Shown: piece by piece, positions 12,816 through 25,505 of the stretch
Numbering within the stretch: the first letter of the stretch is position 1
Layout: the number at the start of each line of letters is the position of its first letter
Assembly: GCF_006345805.1 (NCBI RefSeq)
Contig: NC_043023.1
Coordinates: forward strand, 1,612,001 to 1,676,000
Length of the DNA stretch: 64,000 nucleotides
Source of the DNA: Octopus sinensis
Lineage: Eukaryota
Reading direction: 5' to 3'
Position numbers and translations under genes: made by a program
Notes under the pieces: model-generated
The model's database searches: none
What the model was told of the DNA's origin: nothing
What the model saw: only the letters and a program-made list of their open reading frames with translations

Positions 12816-13269
12816 TAATTTATGTTCCAAACATCAGTTTAATGATGACAAATTTTGTTAAATTCTTCACTACTTTCAAAAATATTTGAAACAAATGTTC
12901 AAGAGAAATATAGTAACCAAAACAGTTTAAGTAATCTAATTCAAAATCTTTCATTATAATTTCATGTAAATTTAAGTATTAAACACCAGATTAATAATGA
13001 CAAAATTATTTTAACTTAAATTCTTTACTTCCAAAAGTAATTGAAACAAAGACAGTGTATTTCAAAAGAAATATGGTAACCAAAGGGTTAAAGTGATCTA
13101 AGTTAAAAACCTTCCATCAAAATTTTGTTAATTTATGTGCCAAACACCAGATTAAGAATGATATTTGTAGTATTAAATTCTTCACCATTTTCAAAATTAA
13201 GCGTAAAAATGTATTTTAACAGAAAGATGGGGAAAAGGGCTGAAATTTTTGATTCCAAACTGTGTGAGA

Positions 13270-13780
13270 TTCCAAGATGACGATGAAGGTGATGATGATA
13301 GTGATGGTGATAGCGGTGATGAAGATGATGATGATGATGATGGTAGTAATGATGAGGATGATGATGATGATGATGACAATAGTAATGATGATGATGATGA
13401 TGATGATAGTGATGATGATGATGATGATAGTGATGATGATGGTAATGAGGATGATGATGATGAGGATGATGATGATGATGATGATAGTGATGATGATAGT
13501 GATGATGAGGATGATGATGATGATGATAGTAATGATGATGATGATAATGATGATGATGATTGTAATGATGATGATGATGGTGATGGAGATGATGATGATG
13601 GTGGTGATGGTGATGATGATGAGGAGGATGTTGATAATGATGGCATTCATGATGAGGACGATAATAATGACAATGTTGATGATTGTAAGAATAACAACAA
13701 TGATGTCAATGACAGTGACGATTATGCTCATGACGACGATGATGATGATGACGATGGCAAAGATGAAGATGACGATTACA
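13270..13780. repeat. (GAT)n microsatellite
   Basis: Direct inspection. Confidence 0.95.
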
Positions 13781-14449
13781 ATTTCATTTGTCAACAAACC
13801 AACACACACACACACACACACAAGGCATATATCTATATAAAATTTGGGTTAGGGGTATTGAATTGGAAAAAAAAAAGACATGAAATAAAACAAAATAAAA
13901 GGAGGAGACAAGGTGGGGGTGAGAGAAGATATGAAAAAGTGGGGAGTGTTAGGGGGTAGGTATGTAGAAAGGGGAGCAGGTGTAGGCGGTACAGGGGTTG
14001 GAAGCACATGGGCAGGAGATAGCTGTGTGTGTGTGTGTGTGAGAAATTGGGTGGTGGGGGAGTAAGGGGGGAGTAAGGTACATATGTTCGCGGATGGGTG
14101 GGATGGGTTTAGTGAACGGGGGGGGATGGAAGAGGCCTATGGGTGGATTGGAGGAGGGGTGGGACGGGTTCGGAGGGGGCTGTTTCGTGGCAGGGGGTTG
14201 TATCGCTTTTCGAAAAACTCAATTTCATAGCCAACTGCCTCCAGAATTCCAAATGAAACTCCCAGAATTTTTCAAGGAAGAGGGGTGAGGAGAGGTGGAG
14301 GGGGGAAGTGGCATGCGGCGGGGGGGGGATGCATGTGGTGGGGGATGAAGGGTGGTGGGTGTAGTGCCGGAAACATGGGCCAAGGGCGAGTGACCAGTGA
14401 TAGCATAAGAGGTAGGAGGGGGAGTACGGCAACAGGGGAGGGCAGTGGG

Positions 14450-14469
14450 GTGGTAGTATTGGCAGTAGC

Positions 14470-14508
<39 letters not shown>

Positions 14509-15256
14509 GGTGGTGGTGGTGATGGTGGTAATGGTTGTGGTAGGGGTTACTGGTGGTGGAGATGTTGGTGATGGTTGTGGTACTGGTGGTGGCGGTAGCA
14601 ATTATAGTAGTTGTAGTAGTAGTGGTAATGGTCGTAGTTGTATTGTAGTGATAATGGTAGTATTAGCAGTGATGGTCATGATGGTGGTGGTGGTGGTGGT
14701 GGTGGGCCATGTTGGCCTTAGTAGCAGTGATAGTGGTAATGATGGTAGTGTTGTTGATAGTGGTGGTGGTAGTGGTGATGGTGGTGTGTGGTGGTGGTAG
14801 TGTTGGTATTGGAGGTGGTGGTGATATATGAAGCATGGGAGTGAGGAGTGGACAGTGAGAGGATGGAGGAAGAGCCTTGTGGCAATGATGGTATTGATGG
14901 GGTTGGCAACAGCAGTGGTGGGAGTGGTGGTAGTTGTAATGATGGTGGTGATCATCATGAGTGGTGTTTGTGGTTCTCATGGTGGTGGTGGTGGTGGTGG
15001 TGGTGGTGGTGTGGTGGTGATAGCAGTATTTGTGGTGATGGTGGTGGTGGTACTTGTAATGATGGTGGTGGTGGTGGTTGTGGTGGTGCTTGTGGCGAAG
15101 ATGGTGTTTTTGGTGATGGTAGTGGTGGTGATCGTAGTGGTGGTGGTGGTGGTGGATGCAGGGTTTTAGCTTCAGTTGCACCCCACTGCATTTCTTAACC
15201 CACCCAACACCGAAACCACCACCACCACCACCACCACCACCATCAAAAACAAAAAA

Positions 15257-15288
<32 letters not shown>

Positions 15289-15334
15289 CTGTCATTCCCA
15301 GCAAGAACTTACATATAAAATACTGATTATAACA

Positions 15335-15373
<39 letters not shown>

Positions 15374-15375
15374 GC
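14450..15375. repeat. (GTA)n/(GGT)n tract followed by (ACC)n, (CA)n and (ACT)n tracts
   Basis: Direct inspection. Confidence 0.9.
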
Positions 15376-16185
15376 AGCTACTACTCCTCTATTGATATGA
15401 CTTGGAGCAAAACAACAACCACAGCAATAATGAGGGAGACCTCTATGTAGTTATTCAGCCTGCTAGAAGTAACAGCTAAGTCTCCCTCAGAAATCACTGT
15501 CTTAATGAAAGGGACAAGTTGAGTAATGTAGTCCCAGATACACTGACCAGGGGCTAAACAACAGCAACAGCTATAGCCACTAATATTAACTACTATATTA
15601 TACATCAGCTGGAACGTCTTTGACTACAAGTCTGTCTGGATCAGGGCTGACCTGGGTTTAAACAACCACTATATTCACTAATAGGAAACCGGCCCTATGA
15701 GCCAGGCATGGCTCGAGAAGGAACAAACATATTCTTTAATATAGTCTTTCCACAGGATAAAACATTAGACAGGGTGGCCAAAGCTGGAATGTCTTTGATT
15801 ATGATTCTTTTAGAACAGGGACAGCCTTGGGTTATATGGAAGCAACATCAATGACAATGCCATCCACCAACATCACCATCAAGAACAACCACTAACAAGG
15901 ACAACCATACTACCACCATCAGCATCACCAACAACAACAACACTAACACCAAGGCGATGACCCCCACTGCCAACACCACAGTCACCACCAACAAGAACAA
16001 GCATACTACCACCATTACCACAACCAATACCACCAACACCACTACCACAATCCCTAACAAGACCACCAACAATAAAAACAACCACTAACACACACACATA
16101 TGTACACAGACACATACACACACAGAAACAGAAACACACAAACACACATACATACACACACAAAGATCCTTAATAGCCAACAAAC

Positions 16186-16332
16186 CTTAAAAACTGGTCT
16201 CATCAATTCAGTGTCGGCCCTTCGTATGTTCTGCATCTCATTGGTCTCTTTAACATTATAAGTGCCAGGACCAGGAGTCTTCGAGTAATGGTACCGGAAT
16301 CTTTCTGACTTGAACTGAGGTGATCCACCTCC
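16186..16332 (-). CDS. Internal coding exon of a SHIPPO1/STPG (sperm-tail PG-rich repeat) family protein: GGGSPQFKSERFRYHYSKTPGPGTYNVKETNEMQNIRRADTELMRPVFK
   Basis: 147 bp = 49 codons, phase 0/0, open; acceptor tgtttttgtctgtttgcAG, donor AAG|GTttgt; RF...SKTPGPGTY matches the PGPGxY repeat of ODF3/STPG proteins. Confidence 0.8.
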
Positions 16333-16362
16333 CTGCAAACAGACAAAAACACAATATATATA

Positions 16363-16667
16363 CTAGCAGTATCGCCAGGCTTTGCTCAGGTTTCTAAGGG
16401 AAATAACTATATAAGCATTTTTAGAGAGTTACTTCCCTTATACAACCCGAGCAAAAAATCATTAAAAATGCGGAAAAATGATGGTAAATTTTTTTTAAAT
16501 CGTAGACTCATCGTAGACACGCGCTAATACCCAGAAGGGCTCGATATGAATGACGACTATAAGATACCCGCTTTTGGTTAAACTGCACCGCAAAATGTGG
16601 GAGTAGTTAGGAATCTAAATCGGAGGAGACAGTCTCACACACACAACTTCAATTTTATATATAAAGA
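16363..16667 (-). mobile_element. Non-autonomous Helitron-like element
   Basis: Minus strand A|TCTTTATATATAAAATTGAAGTTGT ... cctgagcaaagcctggcgatactgCTAG|T; shares termini with 10469-10862. Confidence 0.75.
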
Positions 16668-16672
16668 TATTA

Positions 16673-17310
16673 TATCTATACACCTCCAACATACACAAAT
16701 ATCTCCATCAATATGAATTTTATGTCTTCATATTTCAGTGGGGTCACACAAGATATATTGTATTTTGGTTTAGAAAACAATGTGGGTTTTCAAAATATTT
16801 AAATCATGAGCAAAACACCCCCCACTCACCCATCCAAATTGACGGTGCTGAGTTGTCAAATATTTAAACCAAATTTTCTCAAAACGACTTGTCCGACCGT
16901 CCCATAGGCCTCCCATTTGAGAAACATTGATTTAACCTAAATTTGAGACACCAGCAAAAGAAGAAATAAAGATAGATTTTTTTTCTATTCCAAAGAATGC
17001 GTTATCGATCACATTCTCACCTGGAATCGATTTTTGTAATTTTTTCAAGACTTATACACACCCTGAAACAGTCGGTATCTACATATCAAATTTGAGTGCA
17101 ATCGGATGGAGGATACCCGAGATCCTAAAAGACACCCACACAGACAGACAGAATGGATTTTATATAATAGATTAAATCTATACACCCCCAACATACACAA
17201 ATATCTCCATCAATATGAATTTCGTGTCTTCATATTTCAGGTGGGGGTCACACAAGATATATTGTATTCTGGTTTAGAAAACAATGTTGGTTTTCAAAAT
17301 ATTTAAATCA
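16673..17310. repeat. ~130-bp direct repeats (16673-16805, 17176-17310) enclosing a hAT-like fragment and a second Helitron-like 5' end
   Basis: atctatacacc..aacatacacaaatatctccatcaatatgaatt...aaaatatttaaatcat occurs twice; 16810-16990 is the reverse complement of 55700-55860. Confidence 0.75.
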
Positions 17311-17317
17311 TTAGCTG

Positions 17318-17725
17318 TGTGATAAGAAGCTTGCTTCCCAACCACATGGTTCCGGGGTCAGTCCCACTGCTTGGCACCTTGGGCAAGTGTCTTCTACTAT
17401 AGCTTCGGGCTGACCAAAGCCTTGTAAGTGGATTTGGTAGATGGAAACTGAAAGAAGTCTGTCGCATATATATATATATATATATATATGTGTGTTTGTG
17501 TGTGTGTGCGTGTATTTTTGTATTCGTGTCTGTGTTTGTTGCCCCCCACCACTATTGCTTGAGGACTTATGTTGTGTTTATGTCTTCATAACTTAACAGT
17601 TCAGCAGAAGAGAGTGACAGAATAAGCACCGGGCTTACAAAGAATAAGTCCAGGGATCGATTTCTTCAACTAAAAGGCCATGGTCCAGCATGGCCACAGT
17701 CAAATGACTGAAACAAATAAAAGAA
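17318..17725 (+). mobile_element. SINE family A (diverged)
   Basis: Similarity to other copies. Confidence 0.85.
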
Positions 17726-17849
17726 AAAGTACGTTTTTAAAATGTGTGTGTGCGTGTGTGTGTGTGTGTATTATTGCCTCTGTATCTGAGTATAAGTATA
17801 CAAGCATATGTGTATATGCGTGCATGTATATACGTCGTCGTCGTCATCA

Positions 17850-18060
17850 TCGTCATCATCCTTCAACGTTCATTTTCCATGCTGGCATGGGTTGGACAGT
17901 TTGACCCAAGCTGGCAAGCCAGAGAGCTGCACCAGTATTCACTGTTTGGGCATAGTTTTTATGGCTGGATGCCCTTCCTGATGTCAACCATTTTATCAGC
18001 ATGTGCAGAGTGCCTTGAAAGTGGCACTAGTACAAGTGCTCCTATGTGACACTGGCACAA
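17850..18060 (-). mobile_element. RTE-tail repeat
   Basis: catcatcc..aacgttcattttccatgctggcatgggttggacagt...ggctggatgcccttcct. Confidence 0.7.
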
Positions 18061-18204
18061 GTGGTCTAACATGAAGCTGGCAAGAGTGCCTTTTACATGG
18101 TACCAGTGAGGGACTCTTCCAGGCCAATCCTTCTCACCAGGGGGATGGGTCACCTTGAGTACAATGGAGGATGATATGTCTGTGTAATATGTGTATTCTT
18201 TTAT

Positions 18205-18530
18205 TCAACTATTTGTTTTAGTCATTTGACTGTGGCCATGCTGGAGCACAGCCTCGAGCAAGACATTTTTAAGCCTAGTACATATTCTATTGGTCTCTTC
18301 TGCTAAAAAGCTAAGCTATGGAGATGTAAACACACCAACCCCAGTTGCTAAGCAGTGATGGGGAAACAAACACAGACACAAAAACACACATACACACAGA
18401 TATATATATATATATATATACAACAAGATTCTTCCAGTTTCTGTCTATCAAATCCACTCACAAGGCTTTGGTTAGTCCAAGGTTATAGTAGAATACCAAA
18501 GTTCCACACAGTGGGACTGAACCTGAAACC
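18205..18530 (-). mobile_element. SINE family A (diverged)
   Basis: Reverse-complement match. Confidence 0.8.
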
Positions 18531-18699
18531 ATGCATAAATGCACTCACACAGACATACAGGGTGGGCCAAAAGTTATGCACAAAATATGGTCCAGAATTG
18601 TCAAAGACATGCTTCAATTTTTGTAAAATTGAATAAAATAAATAAAATAAAGGTGAATACACAGGTAAATGAACAAAATAAATAATAATTAATAATAAT

Positions 18700-18919
18700 A
18701 ATAATTCTATCTATTGAAAGCACAAGTCCTCAAATATGGGGGTAGGGATTAAGCCAATTTCAATGACCTCACTACATAACTGGTACTTATTTGATCGACC
18801 CTCAAAACAATGAAAAGCAAAGTTGACCTCGGTGGAATTTGAACTCAGAACGTGACGGCAGACAAAATACTGCCGAGCATTTCTCCTGATGGCCTAACGA
18901 GTCTGCCAGCTCGCCGCCT

Positions 18920-18920
<1 letters not shown>
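18700..18920 (-). mobile_element. SINE family B
   Basis: Reverse complement of aaggcggcgagctggcagactcgttag...ttctgagttcaaattcc. Confidence 0.8.
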
Positions 18921-19192
<272 letters not shown>

Positions 19193-19974
19193 GGTAATAT
19201 TAATAAAATGTCGAATGATTTGTTGCATGACTTTTGGCCAAGCCACTATACTATTTTATTTGTCTCAGATCATTGGACTGCAGCCCTGCTGGAGCACTAC
19301 CTTGAAGAGAATGGTCAAACAAATTAATCCCAGTACTCATTTTTAAGTGTTTCCCAATGTACTGGCCAGTTTGACCAAACGACTAAGTCGAGGGGATGTA
19401 AACAAACTAACACCAGTTGTCAAAGTGATGGGGAAGCAAAGACAACACACACACACAGTAAACACAAACACACATGCACGTGCACCCATCCTCCTTCTCC
19501 TCCTCCTCCTCCTCATCATCTTCATAATATTTTTATGTCCACTTTTCCATGTCTGCATGGGTCGGCAAGTATTCGCTGAGGTGAATTTCCAACAGATGGA
19601 CGCCCCATGTCAACCGACAAACCAAATCCTTTAAAGCAACAACAACAGAAGCGCCAGCACCACCAGTAGCAACGGTACCACTACCACCTACACCACCACT
19701 GCCAATACCACCATCAGGAAGATTACATGCTGGGAGCGAAAAACGATATTTCACGCACGCAGACCGAAGTAATGAAGAGAGAGCAATGTACTTTTGTAAG
19801 ACACATGGTCGGAACGCTTCGGAACCAAGAAGATGGGGTTTTTTGCTGTCACCTGATACTCTCAGAACCAATTCTTAAGAACCCAGACAGATGAAATCGG
19901 CTGTGACATTGCTCGGTTGAGTGGTGGGCGGTTATTAAAACTTGACTTCTCAATGGTACATTTCATACACACAT

Positions 19975-20005
<31 letters not shown>

Positions 20006-20387
20006 CACACACACACATATATATATACATATATATATATATACACATACAATATATGCATACCTTTATAAAATATATGTATTGCATGTATGTTTGTACA
20101 TATGTATGTAGATATATATACACATACATATAAATACACATACACACATATACAGGTGCAGGCATGGCTGTGTGGTAAGAAGCTTGCTTCCCAACCACAT
20201 AGTTGTGGGTTCAGTCCCACTGCGGAGCACCTTGGGCAAGTGTCTTCTACTATAGCCCTGAGCCAACCAAAACCTTGTGATGGGATTTGGTAGTCAGAAA
20301 CTGAATGAAGCTTATTGTATAGAAACAGCTAAAATTTGCCCTGTTTATAATTATACCATATGTTACATATATATACATATGTATATG

Positions 20388-20700
20388 TAGAGGTACATGG
20401 CCTAGTGGTTAGAGCAGCAGACTCGCAGTTGAGGGATTGCAGGTTCGAATCTCAGACTACGCGATGTGTGTGTTTATGAGCGAAACACCTAAGTTCCGCG
20501 GGGCTCTGGCAGAAGGAAATGGCGAACTTCTGCTGACTCTTTCGCCACAACTTTCTCTCACCATTCCTCCTGCTCTCTCAATTCTTCTCAAAATTGCCAT
20601 CTCTCTTTCTCTCTCAAACACCATGTTGCATTCCCATACAGCACTGCTGTTCCTATAGACCTTTCCTTTTGTCTTCAATGAGAGCAGCTGTATTTATATC
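20388..20700 (+). mobile_element. tRNA-derived SINE family C (head tggcctagtggttagag...ggttcgaatc)
   Basis: A box TGGCCTAGTGG and B box GGTTCGAATCT; related copy at ~48010-48190. Confidence 0.75.
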
Positions 20701-20702
20701 AT

Positions 20703-20950
20703 TATCATCATCGTTTAACGTCCGTTTTCCATGCTAGCATGGGTTGGATGGTTCAACTGGGGTCTGGGAAGCCAGAAGGCTGCGCCAGGCCCAGTCTGAT
20801 CTGGCAGTATTTCTACAGCTGGATGCCCTTCCTAACGCCAACCACTCTGAGAGTGTAGTAGGTGTTTTTATGTGCCACCTGCATAGGTGCCAGACGAGGC
20901 TGGCAACGGCCACGATCGGATGGTGCTTTTTATGTGCCACCGGCACATCG
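20703..20950 (-). mobile_element. RTE-tail repeat
   Basis: Reverse complement of 62640-62870. Confidence 0.85.
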
Positions 20951-21235
20951 GTGTGTGTATGTTTTTATGCATATATATGTGTGTATGTATGTATTTAAGT
21001 ATGTATGTCTTTTCTTTCTCTTTTTAATTTAGACTAAATTTTGACCAGTCACCACCTACTTGGTAGCAAATTTGTGAACGAAAGCATCTTGATTTAACCA
21101 TCATCCTTTAAATCTTAAGAAGTTCTTGCAGATTCATACAGTCCCAAACAAGGTGATCATTTATAATGTATAAATCAAGGGTTTGCTTTTTCTCTCCAAG
21201 ATCCCTACTTCAGCCATACTTTACTTTGGGCAGAT

Positions 21236-21385
21236 TGGCTGTGTGGTAAGTAGCTTGCTTACCAACCACAAGGTTCTGGTTTCAGTCCCACTGCATGGCA
21301 CCTTGGCAAGTGTCTTCTACTATAGCCTCGGGCCGACCAAAGCCTTATGAGTGGACTTGGTAGACGGAAACTGAAAGAAGCCCAT

Positions 21386-21439
<54 letters not shown>

Positions 21440-21620
21440 CATATTTATATGTATGTAGGTGTATATGTTTGTGTGTCTGTGTTTGTCACCCTCAACATCA
21501 CTTGACAACTGATGCTGGTGTGTTTACGTCCCCATAACTTAGTAGTTTGGCAAAAGATTTGCTCGACTAAAGGTGGTGCTCCAGCTTGGCCACAGTCACA
21601 TGACTGAAACAAGTAAAAGA
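21236..21620 (+). mobile_element. SINE family A
   Basis: Similarity to other copies. Confidence 0.85.
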
Positions 21621-22046
21621 ATAATAGACATGAAGCTAAAAGTGTATCATGGGGGCTGGATTTGCATGTGTCTGTATGTAAGTATTATGTACGTACACAT
21701 ATGATGGGCTTCTTTCAATTTTCATCTATTCACAAGGTTTTGACTGACCTGGAGCTATGATAGAAGACATTTGCCCAAGGTAAAAGTAAGTGAAGTTGAA
21801 CCCAAAACAACATGGTTGAGAAATAAACATCTTACCACAAAACCACGCTTGTGCATATATACATACACATATAATAGAAATAATACATATGCATACATAC
21901 ATACGTATATGTACATACACACATCTTTACGTCTATATACATGAATATGTGGGAACAGGATGTTCAAGTAAGTTTTATATACATACATACATATATATAT
22001 ATATAAGAATGTATATATATACATGTATATATACATGTATATATAT

Positions 22047-22450
22047 AGGCGCAGGAGTGGCTGTGTGGTAAGTAGCTTGCTACCCAACCACATGGTTCCG
22101 GGTTCTTTCCCACTGCATGGCATCTTGGGCAAGTGTCTTCTACTATAGCCTCGGGCCAACCAAAGCCGTATGAGTGGATTTGGTAGACGGAAACTGAAAG
22201 AAGCCCGTCGTATATATGTAATTATATATGTATGTGTGTGTGCATGTTTGTGTTTGTCCCCCTAGCATTGCTTGACAACCGATGCTGGTGTGTTTACGTC
22301 GCCGTCACTTAGCGGTTCGGCAAAAGAGACCGATAGAATAAGTACTGGGCTTACAAAGAATAAGTCCCGGGGTCGATTTGCTCGACTAAAGGCGGTGTTC
22401 CAGCATGGCCGCAGTCAAAGGACTGAAACAAGTAAAAGAGTAAAAGAGAG
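22047..22450 (+). mobile_element. SINE family A, full length, low divergence
   Basis: Intact CpGs, complete head and tail. Confidence 0.92.
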
Positions 22451-22914
22451 ATAGTATACATACACACGTCATATGTAAATATGTGTGTGTTTGTGTGATG
22501 TGAATAGGGGGTGGCATGTCTGGTCCTTTTCTTCAAGTAGACAGAAGAAGTGTGAACTAGCATGAAAAGGGGTAACTTACACACACAAATACATATGCAC
22601 ACAGATGACATCAAAGAACATTGGGACATTGGTGGGAGTGGAAGAAAGGTGAGGGTTTCAATCCTGCTGCAATGACATGCATCGGCATGCAGTGGTGCAT
22701 GGCAACATAACAGGATATGGAAACATGCTAAAAAAAACAGAAAAGCATCTTTAAGCAGTGGTGAGCCTCCCCTGCTACCACCAACACCTCACCATGCCCA
22801 CTACTACTACCACCATTGCCACCACCATTACCATCCTTGCCACTAGCTTCTACTGCTACCAACACTTACTGCTACTATAAATGCCATAACCATCATCATC
22901 ACTGCTACTACTCT

Positions 22915-23118
22915 TTACTCTTTTACTTGATTCAGTCATTTGATGTGGTCATGCTGGAGTACTGCCTTTAGTCGAGCAAATCAACCCCGGGACTCATTCT
23001 TTGTAAGCCTAGTACTTATTCTATTGGTCTCTTTTGCCAAACCGCTAAGTTAGGGGGATGTAAACACACAAGCATCGGTTGTCAAGCGATGTTGGGTGGG
23101 ACAAACACAGACACACAA

Positions 23119-23149
<31 letters not shown>

Positions 23150-23290
23150 CATACATATATACAACAGGATTCTTTCAGTTTCCGTCTACCAAATCCTCTC
23201 ACAAGTCTTTGGTCGACCCGAGGCTATAGAAGGCACTTGCCCAAGGTACCATGCAGTGGGACTGAACCTGGAGCCATGTGGTCTGCGCCT
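22915..23290 (-). mobile_element. SINE family A
   Basis: Reverse-complement match. Confidence 0.88.
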
Positions 23291-23689
23291 ATAGTCAATA
23301 CTACTACTACAACTAACACTAACACAACCACAACTACTGCCACAACTGCTATTACTACCACCACCACCACAGTCACCAACAGCCCACTACCATCACTAAT
23401 ACCACCACCACTACAACTACCACCACCCTTCTGACTTCATCCTCCTCCACCTCCCCTACTGTTACTGTTTTGAGTTGTATTTACATCTAATGGCCACCAC
23501 CCACTGACACCACACAGCAAACACCTCCGCTGTCCCCAGCTACACCCTATGCACTCTTATGTTGTGGTGGAGTCTTCTATTTAACGGATGGTTACTTCAG
23601 GACATGCAGGGAATGGTATTTCTAGAAACATCTCTAGAAACATATCTATGCATGTGAATGCATATTAGCTCTCTGTCTGTCTGACTATC

Positions 23690-23757
23690 TGTCTGTTTGA
23701 CATCCTGACTATCTATTTGTCTGTCTGTCTATCTATCTATCTATCTATCTATCTAAA

Positions 23758-23802
<45 letters not shown>

Positions 23803-23825
23803 GTCTATCTATCTATCTATCTAAA

Positions 23826-23866
<41 letters not shown>

Positions 23867-24001
23867 GTCTATCTATCTATCTATCTATCTAAATATCTAT
23901 CTATCTATCTATCTATCCATCTATCTATCTATCTATCTAAATAGATATCTATCTATCTATCTATCTTTCTGTCTATCTATATCTATCTATCTATCTATCT
24001 A

Positions 24002-24042
<41 letters not shown>

Positions 24043-24045
24043 GTC
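23690..24045. repeat. (TCTA)n microsatellite with recurring ctaaatatct and ctttctgtct variants
   Basis: Direct inspection. Confidence 0.95.
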
Positions 24046-24054
24046 CATTTACCT

Positions 24055-24382
24055 ATTTCTTTACTACCCACAAGGGACTAAACACGAAAGGATGAAAGGC
24101 AAAGTCGACCTCGGCAGAATTTGAACTCAGAACGTAATGGCAGACGAAATACCTATTTCTTTATTACCCGCAAGGGAGCCAAACAGAAGGGACAAACAAG
24201 GACAGACATAAGTATTAAGTCGATTACATCGACTCCAGTGCGTAACTGGTACTTAATTTATAGACCCCGAAAGGATCAAAGGCAAAGTCGACCTCGGCAG
24301 AATTTGAACTCAGAACGTAACGACAGACAAAATACCGCTAAGCATTTGGCCCGGTGTGCTAACGATTCTGCCAGCTCGCCGT
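24055..24382 (-). mobile_element. SINE family B with duplicated body segment
   Basis: ggcaaagtcgacctcggcagaatttgaactcagaacgtaa occurs twice (~24100 and ~24280). Confidence 0.8.
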
Positions 24383-25189
24383 CTTTTACCTATCTGTCCA
24401 TTTACCTATCAATTTCTCTATCCATCTACCATATGTATCTTGCTGTCTATCTACCTACCTACCTATCTATCTATCTATCTATCTATCTATCTGTCTGTCT
24501 GTCTACCTATCTGTCTACATATACATATATATATTTATATATACATTTCTATCTATGTATCTTTCTTTGTCTAGTGAATGTTTTAAAAAAAGATGGGTGA
24601 ATGTAGCAAGGATGGCACGTATGAATGACGAAGCCACCTTGACTATGATTCTATGAACCGTGAAAATTAATACAGAGAGTTGCTTATTTGCAAAAAAAAA
24701 AAAAAGAAATATAACATGTGACTTCATTGACCAAGGTTACCGTGGTCTTTTCTGTAGGCTTTTCTTTCCACGGGTAAACCTCACCTGTCCTCCCCTTTAC
24801 ACTTCATATTGACATTTCTGTGATAACGATCCCTATTGATCAATTTTTTTTCCTTTCCCCCTCCCCCCTTTTAAAAAAATTTTATCCCCCTCCCTTTTGT
24901 TGTCCTCTTTCTTTCCTTTTACGATCCCTTTTGATCGAAAACCAAACCGCCTTTTTTTTACCCCCAAAAGAAAAGCTCTACCTTGTAATTTGTCCTGTCT
25001 GTGTGCAACCCTGTGTGGCTAATAAAGAAACATATCTATCTGCCTGACTATAATATGCCTGTGTATCTATCCATCTATCCATCCATTTATCTATCTATGT
25101 ATCTATACTTCAATTTGCCAATCCTATCTATCTTTCTATCCATCTGATAGTATTGTCTATCCATCTACCTATGAATCTGTCTGACCTGG

Positions 25190-25505
25190 CTCTCCCTCAA
25201 TTACAACAACAAGGGTCCCCACTTGATCTGATCAACAGAAAAGTCTGCACATGAAATTAACATTCAAGTGGCTGAGCGCTCCACAGACAAGCATACCCTT
25301 AACATAGTTCTCAGGGAATTTCAGCATGACATGCTGTGTGACAAGGCTGGCCCTTTTGAATTACAAGTAGAACATATTTGTCAGCTGAGTGGAGTATAGC
25401 ATAAAATAAAGTGATTTGCCCAAGGACATAATGCACTGCTAAGAATTGAACTCATGACCTTACAATCGTGAGCCAAATACTCTAACCACAAAGCCACGCA
25501 TCTTC
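25190..25505 (-). mobile_element. tRNA-derived SINE with the same head family as the 144-bp array
   Basis: ...gaattgaactcatgaccttacaatcgtgagccaaatactctaaccacaaagccacgcatc. Confidence 0.7.

Larger units (their letters stand above)
10930..13200. repeat. Degenerate ~150-170-bp AT-rich repeat units, some ending AAAGGG|TTAA (piggyBac-MITE-like), interrupted by two SINE A copies
   Basis: Recurring aaaaccctccatcaaaattt..tgttaatttatgttccaaacaccag..ttaataatgac motif at ~11010, 11180, 11340, 12250, 12820, 12950 and 13110. Confidence 0.55.

Noticed and set aside
19533-19871. 112-aa minus ORF in CpG-richer unique sequence
   Set aside because: No recognisable domain or convincing splice-site pair; partly low complexity
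22581-22728. Strong-looking minus-strand acceptor and GTAAG donor pair
   Set aside because: Two frames have stops and the open frame is not protein-like (runs into a TG repeat)
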